A stretch of DNA of 48,843 bases from Squatina squatina (GCA_031763465.1 JARFOE010000073.1:10572157-10620999), one strand, 5' to 3'; positions 1-13,282 are shown, counted from the stretch's first letter. Made by a program: numbers and translations. Notes: generated by a model not told the origin, from the sequence alone.

Positions 1-980
1 ACAAGGGGAAGGGTAGCCCACAGGCGTTGGACTCCTGAGCTGTCATAGCCCGACAAAGGCCATAGCAACATTATACAGTGTAAAGAAATGACACGAGAGT
101 TGTTCAGGTCTCAGCTGTGGAAAGTATAGAGCAAATTCTAGACATCAGCGACTGCCTCTCTGGCCTAGCAGACAGAGCATAGTGCTCATTATACCCCTCA
201 TGCTACCAGGTACGAGGCTGCAACCACAGCATGCCTCAAGGCCAAAAACGACTAAACTTCAATGTGTGAATTAGTACAAACTCTCCTACACTTGAAATTA
301 CTATCGTCAGCTTCTGATAAATTATGTTGCTTACTTTAAAAGAGCATTGTCATCCCTCCAAAGGTCGTTTCTAACCACACAGTATGATTATTTCATCCAT
401 ATATTAAAATGTGGGCTCATTCCTCCCCCGCACCAGCCTTTACTGCGCAGCTCGCTACCCACAGATATCATCGCAATGTCATTGGTATGACACATTCGCT
501 AGGCTGTTATGCCAATTCTGCCCAAAGAATCCAGTACTAATTACTTTCCAACATAGCCATGGTGTCCTTCAACATTGTCATTGTGAATCAGGCTGCACAT
601 CATTAATTTTGGATCTTGCATCTTGAGGTTTTAACTTACTGCAGAGATAAAATAAACCCAAAATGTACATTTTTCCATGCTATCCCATGGATTTCCCATG
701 GCATTGTATTGCTCACTGCTGCTGGATCACAACGTGCTTTATAACAACAGGAATGTTATACCATGTAACGCACAATGTATTATTCTGCTGCTAATGTAAG
801 GAAAGAGTTCATCTGATTGATGTGTACTAGCGAAGTATACTAATATCATACTGCAAATGATTGTTTTTTATATTTACATANNNNNNNNNNNNNNNNNNNN
901 NNNNNNNNNNNNNNNNNNNNNNNNNNNNNNNNNNNNNNNNNNNNNNNNNNNNNNNNNNNNNNNNNNNNNNNNNNNNNNNN

Positions 981-2230
981 TCATTTAAATTTGCCTGGAG
1001 GTGCTAAACCAGAAAGCTTCAGGTTTAGCACTCAAGTGCGATTAGATGCAGTTTCCATGGAGTGATATGTGTGGGCTCCGAGCACCAACTTCCACTGAAG
1101 GTATGGAGTGCGTATTATATAGCAGCACATTACAGGATGGCTCAGGGACTGAGGGAGAGGGCACACAGGTTCTCAGATGCAACACTGAAGGTCCTGGTGG
1201 AGGAGGTCCACAGGAGGAGGGATGTCCTGCTCCGCAGGAGGGAAGGACACCACCTCGCCCTTCGCATGCTCTTGAACCTCTCCTGCAGCAGCTGGTGCTG
1301 CTCTGCCTGGCCTCATGTCCTCCTCTCATTCCTCCTGCAGACGAAGGGGGACCTCTGGTAAGATGCTGATGACCAAGCACTCCCTCTCTCCTGATGACTC
1401 CTATAAGGTGGAGTAGTTCAGTACCTACTCTTTTTAGGTGAAGTCCTCAGCAAATTTGCAGAAGAAATGTTGCATAAGTGTTGGTGACGTTTTAACAAAG
1501 TGCCCCAGAAAGACTCCCGATGTGTTTCAGAGGTCCTCTTCACGGCTCCAGCAGCAAATGGTGATTATCCCATTGCTAGCGGTAGAAATCCTGAGCAACA
1601 AATTGTTTACTCCTATTCAGCTGGTTGCTGTTAGAGGAACTTAGGACAAGCATTAACCACCAAAATGCCGTGCAGCCTCCTTAATAAGTGCTTGCAGGCA
1701 TTTTAATTGGTAATCAGCCCCTGACTGAGCCTCCGGATGGCTGTTCCTAGTGCAGGTTTCAACTTCTTTACCAAGACAGCGTCTTGCACGAAACATGGGC
1801 TAAATCAGTGGTTCATCTTAAGACCCCATCTTGGCCACTTCGGAAGATCATTAGGGTGGCCGATTTGAGGTAAAACTTCTAGCGCGAAATCGGCGCAAAA
1901 CTGGCATAAAGGCACCTTAGGCGCGAAAATGCGGGCGCAAAATTCGGCTCCCGTTTGCACGGGCGCAAGGCCCATAAGGCTCGAGGCACAGGCTTTAGGG
2001 TTATCACGGCACTGTGACACCGTAAGTGCGTGCACCGCCCAAAATGGCCGCCCGTCCAAAATTCCACAGTGTCAGTGTGCACTAAATCCAGCGGTGACAA
2101 CGCATGCTTTTTTCAGTGGGGACACGGGCCTCACCTCAGAGAATCCAGCGCTCGCGGCAGGAGGCAGAATAGGCGCCATTTTATTTTTGTTCTGTGCATC
2201 TGTGACGCCCGCATCACATGACTCTGCATT
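981..2230 (+). mobile_element. Decayed PIF/Harbinger-type DNA transposon remnant with Myb/SANT-like ORF fragment; boundaries approximate
   Basis: From 1137 the sequence reads MAQGLRERAHRFSDATLKVLVEEVHRRRDVLL, the typical start of a Harbinger-associated Myb/SANT-like domain (R-x-P-R-F-S-x-x-x-L-x-x-L-V-E-E-V). The CpG-rich block 1869-1957 recurs at 39687-39775. Confidence 0.6.
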
Positions 2231-2430
2231 TTAAAAGCCTCACTCTGAGTCTCTGCTTGCCTGTCTTTGGCTTCTCATNNNNNNNNNNNNNNNNNNNNNN
2301 NNNNNNNNNNNNNNNNNNNNNNNNNNNNNNNNNNNNNNNNNNNNNNNNNNNNNNNNNNNNNNNNNNNNNNNNNNNNNNCATTTGGAGGCACCAATTTGCA
2401 ACCTGAAGATTGTGACCATATAGATAGATA

Positions 2431-2590
2431 TATCAACACGTATCCTTGAGTCTATGGTCTTGTGCTGTCAACACGTATCCTTGAGTCTATGGTCTTGTGA
2501 TGTCAACACGTATCCTTGAGTCTATGGTCTTGTGATGTCAACACGTATCCTTGAGTCTATGGTCTTGTGATATCAACACGTATCCTTGAG
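2431..2590. repeat. 35-bp tandem repeat, about 4.5 copies
   Basis: Unit TCAACACGTATCCTTGAGTCTATGGTCTTGTGATG starts at 2433, 2468, 2503, 2538 and 2573 (partial); copies are nearly identical with no spacers. Confidence 0.95.
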
Positions 2591-4090
2591 GCTTGTACTT
2601 TAATGCTTGTATGCATTAAATTGAAATGACTGCAGAAGGCAGTAACAGCTCCAGTAAGAGGAAGCCCTTCAACAGGAGAGGAAAGCTCACTTCACTTGGC
2701 TGAATTCATGAGGATCAAGAATGCTCAGGCAACCAACATGTCTTCACAATTATGGGCAGGGATGGTTCACTATATCAGTGCCCAGCTCAGTATCACCAAT
2801 ACCATAATCAGCACCACCAGCATCGGTACCAGGGCAGCTACACGTGATGGAGTCATACTCACTCCCACTTCACCTTTACGATAAAATGCTAATTGTTTTA
2901 TTACATTGAAACATCTCAAAGTGATTGTGTTTAATAGTTTTAGTAAAGTCATCAGTGCCTTGAGTTGGAATAATTCCACTTAACTGAACAGCCTTTCACT
3001 TTCTGTGATAAATTCATTGATCCCACACTCCCAGTGGGACTCTTGTTTGAATGAAGTGCAGCTCGGAGACAGAACTAGAAGATTCTATGGTCAGCGCTTC
3101 ATTCCAAAGAGGCTCTCTGCTGGGATCAGATCGGTAAAATGATACCCTTATGTTGCACGTATCGAACAAAACGTGGCACTCAACAAGTAGGGTCAGACTG
3201 GAGAAAAGGCGGGGCNNNNNNNNNNNNNNNNNNNNNNNNNNNNNNNNNNNNNNNNNNNNNNNNNNNNNNNNNNNNNNNNNNNNNNNNNNNNNNNNNNNNN
3301 NNNNNNNNNNNNNNNGTGAGGAAAGATAGAGGAAGGTAAGGAGTCCCAAAATATACAGAAAACAGCAAATGTTTTATTTTGACTGCAAGTTGTGATAAAG
3401 TAGCCCCGGGGATAAACACTCTTCATAGCTGGACTCAGAATGGTAAATTGTAATGAGATCATTTGAGCAGCTTTTAAAGGGGCATTGCACCCGGCAAATC
3501 AATTTTGCGCAATCCCGTCACAGATATTTGGAGACACGATCGGGTTAGCAGGTGACCGTTGTGATTGTCAGCTTTAAAAACAGGTTAATAATGAACCACC
3601 AAAGGGCCAAACACACAGATGTGCTGCAATAATATGAGCTGCATCAATGTGAAATCACCATGGGGCCAATATGACTGACATTGGACATCATTCCTAAGCC
3701 AGCTGCTAGGGTTTCACCTTGGCTGGAGCAGCCTCGAGGATCAGTTGTGAAATATTCAATTGCACAAAATATCAAAAATGAGTGGAATTGATGCTGAGCA
3801 ATGAAGTGTCTACATGAGGCTCTGTAATTGCTCTGTAATGTACCAATTATTCAGTGCATTCATCACATTAATGTGAATTGTTGCAGTAATCAGTGAGTGC
3901 TGTATTTTGTAATCTGTTGACTTTATAACTGCTGTGCTGTACTTCCCTGATAAATGATTTTGCTGCAGTAAAAGGCCACAGCTGTGAGAGNNNNNNNNNN
4001 NNNNNNNNNNNNNNNNNNNNNNNNNNNNNNNNNNNNNNNNNNNNNNNNNNNNNNNNNNNNNNNNNNNNNNNNNNNNNNNNNNNNNNNNNN

Positions 4091-4760
4091 AAAGTCAAGG
4101 GAATACAAGCCACCCTGGCCTGATAACTTAAGCCTTTAAGCCCTGGTACCATTCTGGTGAATCTGTGCCGTAACCCCATCAAAGCCAAAATACCTTTCCT
4201 GAGGTTCGATGCCCAAACCTAAACGGAATACTCCAGGTGGGGTCTGACGAAGGCTAGATGCAGCTGAAGCATCACTTCCTCACTTTTGTATTCCAGCTCC
4301 TTTGAGATAAAGGCCAACATTCCATTAGCCTTTTTGATTACTTTTTGTACCGTGCACTAGCTTTTAGTGATTTGTGTACATGGACACCCTTTGCTCTTCC
4401 ACAGATCCTAGTTTCTCACCAGTAAGAAAATATTCTGATTTATCTTTCTCATATCCAAACTGGATAACCTCACAATTGCCCATTGTACTCCATCGTCTAT
4501 AGTTTGTTCCATTCACTTATTGGGTGTAATTTTACCTTTTGCTGATAGGATAAATGGGGTGATAGTTGATCGACTGTCCATTATACATCTCTCCCAATTT
4601 TTGTTTCTATTGTCTGGCTACGTCTCTTTGCAACTTCCTGCTCTCATCCACACAAATTACTGTGTCTCCTGACTTAGTGTCATCTGCAAACTTGGACATA
4701 CAAATTTCTATTCCTTCATCGCATTATTTATATAAACATGATGAAAAGCTGAGGCCCCAG
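4091..4760 (-). mobile_element. CR1-clade LINE ORF2 (RT) fragment, decayed, interrupted by a short MITE-like insert near 4520-4612
   Basis: Reverse strand shows RHRFTRMVPGLKGLSY, an LVRPHLEY-like segment (ATACTCCAGGTGGGGTCTGACGA) and the KFADDTK motif (TTAGTGTCATCTGCAAACTT near 4674-4693). Confidence 0.8.
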
Positions 4761-6624
4761 ATTAAAGATGGGTATGGGCTAGACAGCTGAATTAATGCCC
4801 TGGACTTTGGGAAATTCTGTAATGTGGAAAGATTTCGAAACCCTCTCACTCTACTGCTAGTTCTCCATTGGGAAGCTGATAAAGATTTGATAACTTCCAG
4901 TTAACTGTTACTGACATCCTTTGTGCCAGTATAAAATGAACTTGAGGCATGAAAGTTCAGAGCTGTACTGACTTTGGTTACCACTGGCAGTGAAAGTTTT
5001 TTCCATGTCAGAATCAGTTAGCAGCGCTGCTCCATTACTGGCTCCCTAGTGAAGTGGAACCTGTGAAAGTAGCATACCTCAGAAATTCACAGAGAGAACT
5101 GCTTGGGTCTGTATGTAACACAGCATCGGTAAGGATGGATGTGAACTGTTCACCTCTGGTGTAAGTGAGTCTGCCTCACATCCCTCCTTTCCGTTTTCAA
5201 ATAACTCCAAAAAGAAAATACCCAAAAGAATTCCAATAGCTAGAGTGTTCATTATATCAATNNNNNNNNNNNNNNNNNNNNNNNNNNNNNNNNNNNNNNN
5301 NNNNNNNNNNNNNNNNNNNNNNNNNNNNNNNNNNNNNNNNNNNNNNNNNNNNNNNNNNNNNCAACAATTCGTCCTTAAGCGCCAGTAATGCAGGGAGGTC
5401 TAATTGGGTGCCCTGTATTCCTGTTCTTTTCTATTCTATATCTGACCTGCTTTCCCCCCTATTTTCACTCCAACTCCCTTCTTTTACAAGATGCATAATT
5501 CTATGCCTCGAAGGATTGGACTAAATGTACAATCGGATTGATACTTGGGAGTGATTATATAAAAAATACGGATGCCATGGAGTTGATTACTAGCTGGAAT
5601 CTAATTGAAAGGTTTGATTGATTGTAGATATAATAATGGATACCTGTGACTTTGTTACTGGATGGAATCTGAGGATTGTGGATGGTTTGTATGTAAGGGC
5701 AGAAAGTTCTGACATGGACTGTCCTGAGACAAGAGTACAGCATGCAGAACCAGGGCTACAGTGTTGTAGCTCTGTCTTCAACCCATGCTTTTGTCTAGTG
5801 AAATGCCACTGAGGGAGGTTTGCCTTATGATTCCTGTCCCTTAAAATAATGAGAGTTACCGGCTGTGATATACTTAAGGGGTTCAACTGACATCATGAGA
5901 TTGGAGAACCAAATCTATCTATACTCATCATTTCAACTCTAAGGGTTTATGTGGTATGGTGGGGAGTGGGGTGTGGCTTGGGTTTTTTACTGTAGGACAG
6001 TTGGTGTGCTCCCCATCTGTAATAGATGGTGATGAAAATGTCAACACATGGAATTCTATCAACACAGGCTCATTGAAAAATAATTTCTCGTTGATGTTCA
6101 GAAAAAAAAGTCTACTGAGTAGTTAATGCGATTCTAGGGCAAGTGTCCATCTAACTGCTANNNNNNNNNNACACCAATGCATAAAGAATGACACTTCTCA
6201 TCGAAATTCCTGAATTTATTGCGAGACGGTGCAAAAGCAGGTGTGAATCAGCAACCCAGCAAAACACCAGCGTCTCTGCATTAAAAATTAAAAGCTGCAC
6301 TAGGCTATTGGGCTGAGATGTGTTAAATGTATTCTGCTGAACTGAGCAATATATTCGTAAATCGCAAATGGATGAGATGCAGGATGGAGATGACAGGATC
6401 AGGACGAAAGGGCAATTATGTGTGTTTTGTACTTTTTTAAAAAACGACGCTGGTGTCTATCAGGGTCTGACTCATTGTATACCCATTACCAGACAATTCA
6501 AACATAAAGGCAGCTGTAGCTTATGGCATTTTACATAAATTAATAACAACACTTTACTCTGAATAAGGCTGGAGGGATATTAAGTGCCATAATCACTTAG
6601 AAATTTCTCCTTTCGATGTCAAAG

Positions 6625-6737
6625 GGTGAACACTTATTTTAGCCTTAACCGTCGGCGGTAAAACTGATCGGCCGCCCGAGCAAGATGTATAATGAGCGAC
6701 CGACAGACTACTGGCCTTGAAAGATAAAAATCTGCCC
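6625..6737. mobile_element. Short CpG-rich MITE-like element
   Basis: CpG-dense segment (CGTCGGCGGTAAAACTGATCGGCCGCCCG...GTATAATGAGCGACCGA) ending AAAAATCTGCCC at a contig end. It loosely resembles the insert at 4520-4612. Confidence 0.4.
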
Positions 6738-8350
6738 NNNNNNNNNNNNNNNNNNNNNNNNNNNNNNNNNNNNNNNNNNNNNNNNNNNNNNNNNNNNNNN
6801 NNNNNNNNNNNNNNNNNNNNNNNNNNNNNNNNNNNNNAGATCCAACTACAAATTAAACTTCAATCAAATTCCGTATGAAAGATCAGATGAAAGGCGAGTA
6901 ACTGAAAATTGACTAATCCAATTAAGTATAAATAAGGATTCCTGCTACCTTGACAGTTAAATTTTGGTGCTGCTGATAAAGGATCAAGATAACAGATGAA
7001 GCGTCGTAAAGTAATTACATCAACACTGTTGTGTGCACATACTGTGGTCAGGAGGATAGTGGCAATTCACTCACATTTTTCATGAGTTATGCTGCTCACG
7101 ATGCACCTATGAGGTGTTCCTGGTACCTTTGTTCATATAATGGGAACTCAAAATAGTGCTGGTCAGTTGTCTAATGACCAACTAGTGACCTATTCTCCTT
7201 TGACAGGAGAAGTAAGAAGGGTCCCTTTGGGATCAAAGTGACTCAGATGATGTGTCGGGTAATGGAAGACTGGAACTGAATCTCCCCTTGTGGAGGACTG
7301 GGTAATCCATTACCTGAGACTAATCCAAATAAGTATTCTTGTTATGTCTGGACTGGAGTATTTCAGGCTGCCCAACATTAACAATACCTCCCTTTTTCTC
7401 CCTTCAGCACAGCTGAATAGGAGTCATGAGATTCCATGGAGTATTTGATTATCCCAGGTTACAAATAGTCCTCTTTTTTGATGGAGTTCATCAATACACC
7501 ATTTACTGCATTTGCTTATGGTTGAAAATGGAGCGTGAAAAGGTCATTTAGGCTTTTCAGTCCACTCAGTAAGTGAGAACAAAGCCCATATACAAATGTA
7601 ATCCATCCCCTGACTACGTTGTTATATGCTGGTTTCACACATTGTGCTAGATTTTCCAACTGTTGCTGTTCCTGAACAAGGACTTATTGTGTTCATACTA
7701 TATCTCTCCACATACAGTTTAACAGAGATGCCAACCTGCTTTTGGGTTAATACCTGTATTAAAAAAGTGCACAGAGAAATTTAGTGCGAGCATATTAAGC
7801 ATTCATAGAATAGTGTTTAGTGGACAGAAGAATGTCACACAAACAGATAGCACCTACATCCACCAAACCCACCCACACTAAATCAGGTGGATCCTGCACC
7901 TGTTGAAATTACCACGGAAATTTTAAAAAAGCCGTCAACATTGTTGAACACTAAATAACACGACATTTATTTTTTCCTCTACAAATGATGTCTTTCTAAT
8001 GATATGCAGATCAATCATAGCTTCAGATGTAAATATCTTGTCACCCTGATTCACACGTCCAAAACACCCTCCTTGACATTTTCACAGATCCATTATCACA
8101 GCTTCTTTTTCCCACACAAGGGAGAAATTTAACACTTAAATTGATCATTATTCAATGAAAAACCACTTAATATTTTAACTGGTTGTTTTGTGCCAAATGT
8201 TTTCCCTCAAATTGGCCTAGGGTTCCCCCCCACCCCCCGCCCGCTCCCCCNNNNNNNNNNNNNNNNNNNNNNNNNNNNNNNNNNNNNNNNNNNNNNNNNN
8301 NNNNNNNNNNNNNNNNNNNNNNNNNNNNNNNNNNNNNNNNNNNNNNNNNN

Positions 8351-10022
8351 CGTGTGTTAATGACATTGTGAGGTTGGAGTGTCCGTGTGTAGCTGACAAT
8401 GTGAGGCTGAAGTGTCTGTGTCTTAATGAAAGTGTGATGTTTGGTGTGGCCGTGTGTGAAGTTGGAAGGTCTGTGTGTTGACAGTGTGAAGTTTGGTGTG
8501 GCCGTGTGTTAATGACAGTGTGAGGTTGGAGTCTCTGATAATGACAGTGTGAGGTTGGAGTGTCCGTTTGTTGATGACAGTGTGAGGTAGGAGTGTCCGT
8601 GTGTTAATGGCAGTGTGAGGTTGGAGTCTCTGATGTTAATGACAGTGTGAGGTTGGAGTGTCCGTGGGTAAATGCCAATGTGAGGTTGGAGTCTCTGATG
8701 TCAATGACAGCGTGAGGTTGGAATGTCCGTGTGTTGCTGACAATGTGAGGCTGAAGTGTCTGTGTCTTAATGACAGTGTGATGTTTGGTGTGGCCGTGTG
8801 TTGATGACAGTGTGAGGTTGGTGTGTCCGTGTATGAAGTTGGAAGGTCTGTGTGTTGACAGTGTGATGTTTGGTGTGGCCGTGTGTTGATGACAGTGTGA
8901 GGTTGGAGTCTCTGATGTTAATGACAGCCTGAGGTTGGAGTTTCTGATTTAATGACAGTGTGGGGTTGGAGTGTCCGTGTGTTAACGTAAGTGTGAGGTT
9001 GGATTGTCCATGTGTTGATGACAGTGTGAGGTTGGAGTGTCCATGTGTGAAGTTGGAAAGTCTGTGTGTTGACAGTGTGAGGTTGGAGTGTCCGTGTGTT
9101 AATGACAGTGTGAGGTTGGAGTCTCTGATGTCAATGACAGCGTGAGGTTGGAATGTCCGTGTGTTGCTGACAATGTGAGGCCGAAGTGTCTGTGTCTTAA
9201 TGACAGTGTGATGTTTGGTGTGGCCGTGTGTTGATGACAGCCTGAGGTTGGAGTCTCTGATGTTAATGACAGTGTGGGGTTGGAGAGTCCGTGTGTTAAC
9301 GTAAGTGTGAGTTTGGATTGTCCATCTGTTAATGTAAGTGTGAGGTTGGAGTGTCCGTGTGTGAAGTTGAAAAGTCTTTGTGCTGACATTGTGAGGTTGG
9401 AGTGTCCGTGTGTTCATAACAGTGTGAGGTTGGAGAGTCTGATGGTCATGACAGTGTGAGATTGGAATGTCCGTGTGTGGCTGACAATGTGAGGCTGAAG
9501 TGTCTGTGTCTAAATGACAGTGTGATGTTTGGTGTGGCCGTGTGTTGATGACTGTGATGTTGGAGTGACTGTGTCGGAAGTTGGAAAGTCTGTGTGTTGA
9601 CAGTGTGAGGTAGGAGTGTCCGTGTGTTAATGGCAGTGTGAGGTTGGAGTGTCCGTGTGTTTCTGACAATGTGAGGCTGAAGTGTCTGTCTTAACAAAAG
9701 TGTGATGTTGTGGCCCTGTGTTGATGACTGTGTGAGGTTGGAGTGTCCTTGTGTGAAGTTGGAAAGTCTTTGTGTTGACATTGTGAGGTTGGAGTGTCCG
9801 TTTGTTGATGACAGTGTGAGGTTGGAGTGTCTGATGTTAATGACCGTGTGAGGTTGGAGTCTCTGATGTTAATGACAGTGTGAGGTTGGAATGTCCGTGT
9901 GTTGCTGACAATGTGAGGCTGAAGTGTCTGTGTCTTAATGACTGTGTGAGGTTTGACTGCCCGTTTGTTGATGACAGTGTGAGGTCGGAGTGTCCGTGTG
10001 GTAATGACAGTGTGAGGTCGGA
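8351..10022. repeat. Complex minisatellite, ~32-33-bp units with higher-order structure
   Basis: About 50 variants of GACAGTGTGAGGTTGGAGTGTCCGTGTGTTAAT, strongly G/T-biased on the + strand. The 5' end runs into a gap. Confidence 0.95.
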
Positions 10023-10029
10023 CTGGACA

Positions 10030-10650
10030 GGGTGAGGCCATGTGGTGTGGTGTAACTGCCAGAGTTGTCTAGGAATCTGTGCGCAGTGACAAGGAGTCAT
10101 GGGGTTTGGAGGTCTGAGAGCATTGGACTGGAAGGTTCTTGGGTCTGGGAGTGTTGAAAAGGAGTTCTGGGTTTGAGGTTAGGGGAGCAGTGTGCAGGGA
10201 GTATGGAGGTTTTGGTGGTGGGAGAATGATGGGGTGATCTTGGGGTCTGAGACCATTTCAGGAGGGTGTTTGGTGGAAAGGAGATTCTAGGATGGGAACA
10301 CTAGGAAGTATTTGCAGTGCCTGGGAGCTCTTGGGATCGTATAACAGGAGTCTGGTAGCAATGGGCTTCGGAAGCACTAGGAGATGCTGGGGCTCTGAGA
10401 ATATTGGGAACAGGAATGAGTGGCTGTGCGACAACTAGGAAGGGGAAGCTGGGTTCCCAGTTCATTGAGAGAGTTTGACAGATCTAGGAGCAGGTTGGAG
10501 TGGACATTCCGGAGAGACGGGTTGCAAAGGTCTCGGAAGAGGGTGCCCAGGCCCATGATGATTGGGGGTAGGGTCTGGAAATATTGGGTGTGCCTGGGGT
10601 GTGATAGAGTTCATGGAGTCGGGTGTTATTTTGGAAAGAAGGAGGTGCAG
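10030..10650. repeat. G-rich low-complexity or highly degenerate repeat tract
   Basis: Recurrent GGGTCTGAGA/GGGTCTGGGA/GGCTCTGAGA-like words and a strong excess of G over C on the + strand. Confidence 0.5.
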
Positions 10651-10984
10651 TAAAATTAATTCACTCTTTCAGAGGTTTTACAAGAATGTTTTTTTTCCAG
10701 ATTGAACTGNNNNNNNNNNNNNNNNNNNNNNNNNNNNNNNNNNNNNNNNNNNNNNNNNNNNNNNNNNNNNNNNNNNNNNNNNNNNNNNNNNNNNNNNNNN
10801 NNNNNNNNNGTCTTTTTTGCTCCACTCCCCCATCACAAACTCTCTCTCCCTGGCCACTGCCTCAGGCTGAGCCAGACTGCTTGCACACTTTGGCATCCTA
10901 CTTGATCCAGAGCTGAGCTTGGGCCCTCATATTTTCTCCATCACAGATTCCACCTCCGTATCGTCACTCTCCTTCGCCCCAACC

Positions 10985-11302
10985 TCAGTGACGTAAAGCC
11001 ATTTTGCACTGGCGCCACAGCAAGAATGCTCCTCCAGGCCTCACAACAATCTTCGGCCTGCTGCCAGCCCACTCTCCCCCCGCCGATACTCGCTCCCCCC
11101 ATTGTGTGCTGCAGCTGGCCGACATTCTACCCGAGGAAACCGACAAGCCACAAAGAAACGTCTGTCTGGTGCTCACCGAAAAAATGTTAATGAGGCCCGA
11201 AACTGAAAGTACTTCGGGCCTCCCAGCTGTCGTGTTGGGGCTGGTGCACAGACGCATTGCTGATATTGCACCCATTTGGCCCCCCGGGTCAAAATCTTCC
11301 CC
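10985..11302. mobile_element. GC/CpG-rich non-autonomous DNA element remnant
   Basis: Abrupt GC/CpG-rich block ending CAAAATCTTCCCC, which resembles the GGGG..AATTTT-type termini of other MITE-like inserts in this window. Confidence 0.4.
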
Positions 11303-13019
11303 AGTGTATTCTCCAACTTACAATGGAGCAATGCCATGGGACCTACTTACAATGTGTTCATAGCAGTCCATCAGCTTGCACAGACACGCACTCAAGATGT
11401 TCAAACTTTGTCACAGATGCAAAACAGTCATAAAACGTTGGGTGCTTTGAGATGCATCCTGAAACCACATTATAATCTCGATCAAACAATTGAGCTCTGA
11501 GTGACCTTGTGCTATGTTTACTTCCAGCATGCGAAGGAACCGTCTGGCCTTGGAAGGACAGGCCAATGTAAACAGCTCCAGCTACAAATTACACGGTATA
11601 ATAATCTTGACATTACAAAACATTTTTCAATTTACCGGGCACAATGCCACAGAAAATCTGCTAGTATATTTTCAAAATGCATCTCTAAGTTTGTACCATC
11701 CATCGTCCACATGGCACAAATTGAGGCTCCTTTATGCCTGTCCTTGATCCTAATTTGTGCTTGCCTGGTGAAAGAAAATTACAGACCTTAACCTTTTAAA
11801 GGTTTGCATCAGCATTCTCAGTCCCTCAAAAAATCTAATCCATTGGATTACTGAGGGGATTATAAAATGTTCTGCGATCTTTTATTTTTTGACTTTGAAA
11901 TATCAGCGTTGGAGAGGTACACAAACTATCTTTATTCTGATGTTACGTAATAAACAGAGTGTGGATTTTAAAATATAGATTGAAAAGGTTTAAGTAATAT
12001 TCATTTAGGTAGAGTGTAAATTCTCTGCTATGGCAACAACAAAAAATGTAACACAAGACTTATTATTTCCATTACTGGAGTCCAGATAAGCAGAAAAGAA
12101 GTGTCTGTGCTGTTTGTCTCTGTCAAATCCAGGGGCTGTGTAATAACTGCATGAATTTCCAGCATGTGCGTGCATGAAATTCTCAAGTCTGAATAATACC
12201 TCTCCACTGCTTAACCAGATACCTTGAAGAACAGTTATCAGTGTAAAGACACCTCCACAGTGTCAAGTACAAGAGATGCACTCATGCTGCCTGAAGCAGG
12301 TATGTGCCCTTCAAGGTTATAAGGATGCCCATCAGTTGCATATGGAATTGGGTGGTGCTGTGAGTAGGACACGGGCCTCTTACTTTGGGAGCTGATTTTC
12401 AATCCATCACAGAGTGAAGGTAATGGGAGCAAATGAAAACAAACAGGGAAGCCAGAAGGGAAAATAAATCAGGTAAGCAAGGTACTATGACATTTTTTTA
12501 AAGGATAAAGGGGTTTAAAAATAGGGCAGACTTAATTCAACTGATAAAAAGTAGACTTGAAGTTAAAAAAATAAACATAGGACAGAGAAATGGGAGAAAG
12601 AGAAAGAGGGAGGGAGAAAGAGATAGCGAGACCATAGAGGAAAGGAAGATAACAAATCCTGAAGCATAATGTGGACTATCCATTTGAATTATCCAGACAC
12701 AGGATTCACACTAACAGCCACCCTCTGAGTGCACACTGCAGCACAAAGAACAGTTACCCTCAGCCCAAATGTGGTGGTCTTCCTCTAGTGTGACTCTTCT
12801 AGCAGAATATTCAAACTGAAGGGAGCACTTTACCTGTGTTCTCTTGTCGACCTTCCATAACTCCTCTTCAATGCAGCTGAAGCAATCTCTCTGTGTGTAG
12901 GTTTTGGAGGAGGATCAGAAGAGGTATACCAGATAGTATGTTCGGATCTTGGACATTCTTGGGCATGTCCTTACACTATCATTAAATATATATATAATTG
13001 TACACACGTGAATATATAC

Positions 13020-13282
13020 CACTGGTAGCTATGCTTTCAGCTACCTTGGCACTAAGCTCTGAAATTCTCTTACTAAACCTCTCCCCCTCTCTACCTTTCA
13101 CTTCTCTTTCAAGATGCTCCTTAAAACCTATCTCTTTGATCAAGCTTTTGGTCATCTGTTCTGATATCTTCTTCTGTGGCTTTGTATCAAAAATGCCAAA
13201 AATGTTTTTATTGATATCGCTCTTAAGCGCCTTGGGGCGTTTTACTATGTTAAATGTGCTATATGAAGGTAAGGTGTTGGTG
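13020..13282 (+). mobile_element. L2-clade LINE 3' end
   Basis: CTAAGCTCTGAAATTCTCTTACTAAACCTCTCC...CCTTAAAACCTATCTCTTTGATCAAGCTTTTGGTCA...AAGCGCCTTGGGGCGTTTTACTATGTTAAATGTGCTATAT is the reverse complement of the tails at 20300-20480 and 23905-24130. Confidence 0.75.

Noticed and set aside
2431-2590. CRISPR-like 35-bp repeats
   Set aside because: The units are head-to-tail with no unique spacers, there are no cas genes, and the context is vertebrate.
3020-3900. Possible conserved non-coding element (TAAT/TGAT-rich, apparently unique DNA)
   Set aside because: Only a compositional impression; it cannot be supported without cross-species alignment.
8767-9669. 300-aa His/Thr-rich ORF and overlapping ORFs, including Cys-rich LECPCV repeats
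   Set aside because: These are translation products of the minisatellite, open in several frames on both strands, with no splice signals or domain signature.
8351-10022. CRISPR array or RSS-like array (CACTGTC/ACAGTGTG words resemble the RAG heptamer)
   Set aside because: The variable parts are reused variants rather than unique spacers. There is no CACAGTG heptamer with a nonamer at 12/23 spacing, and no V or J segments.
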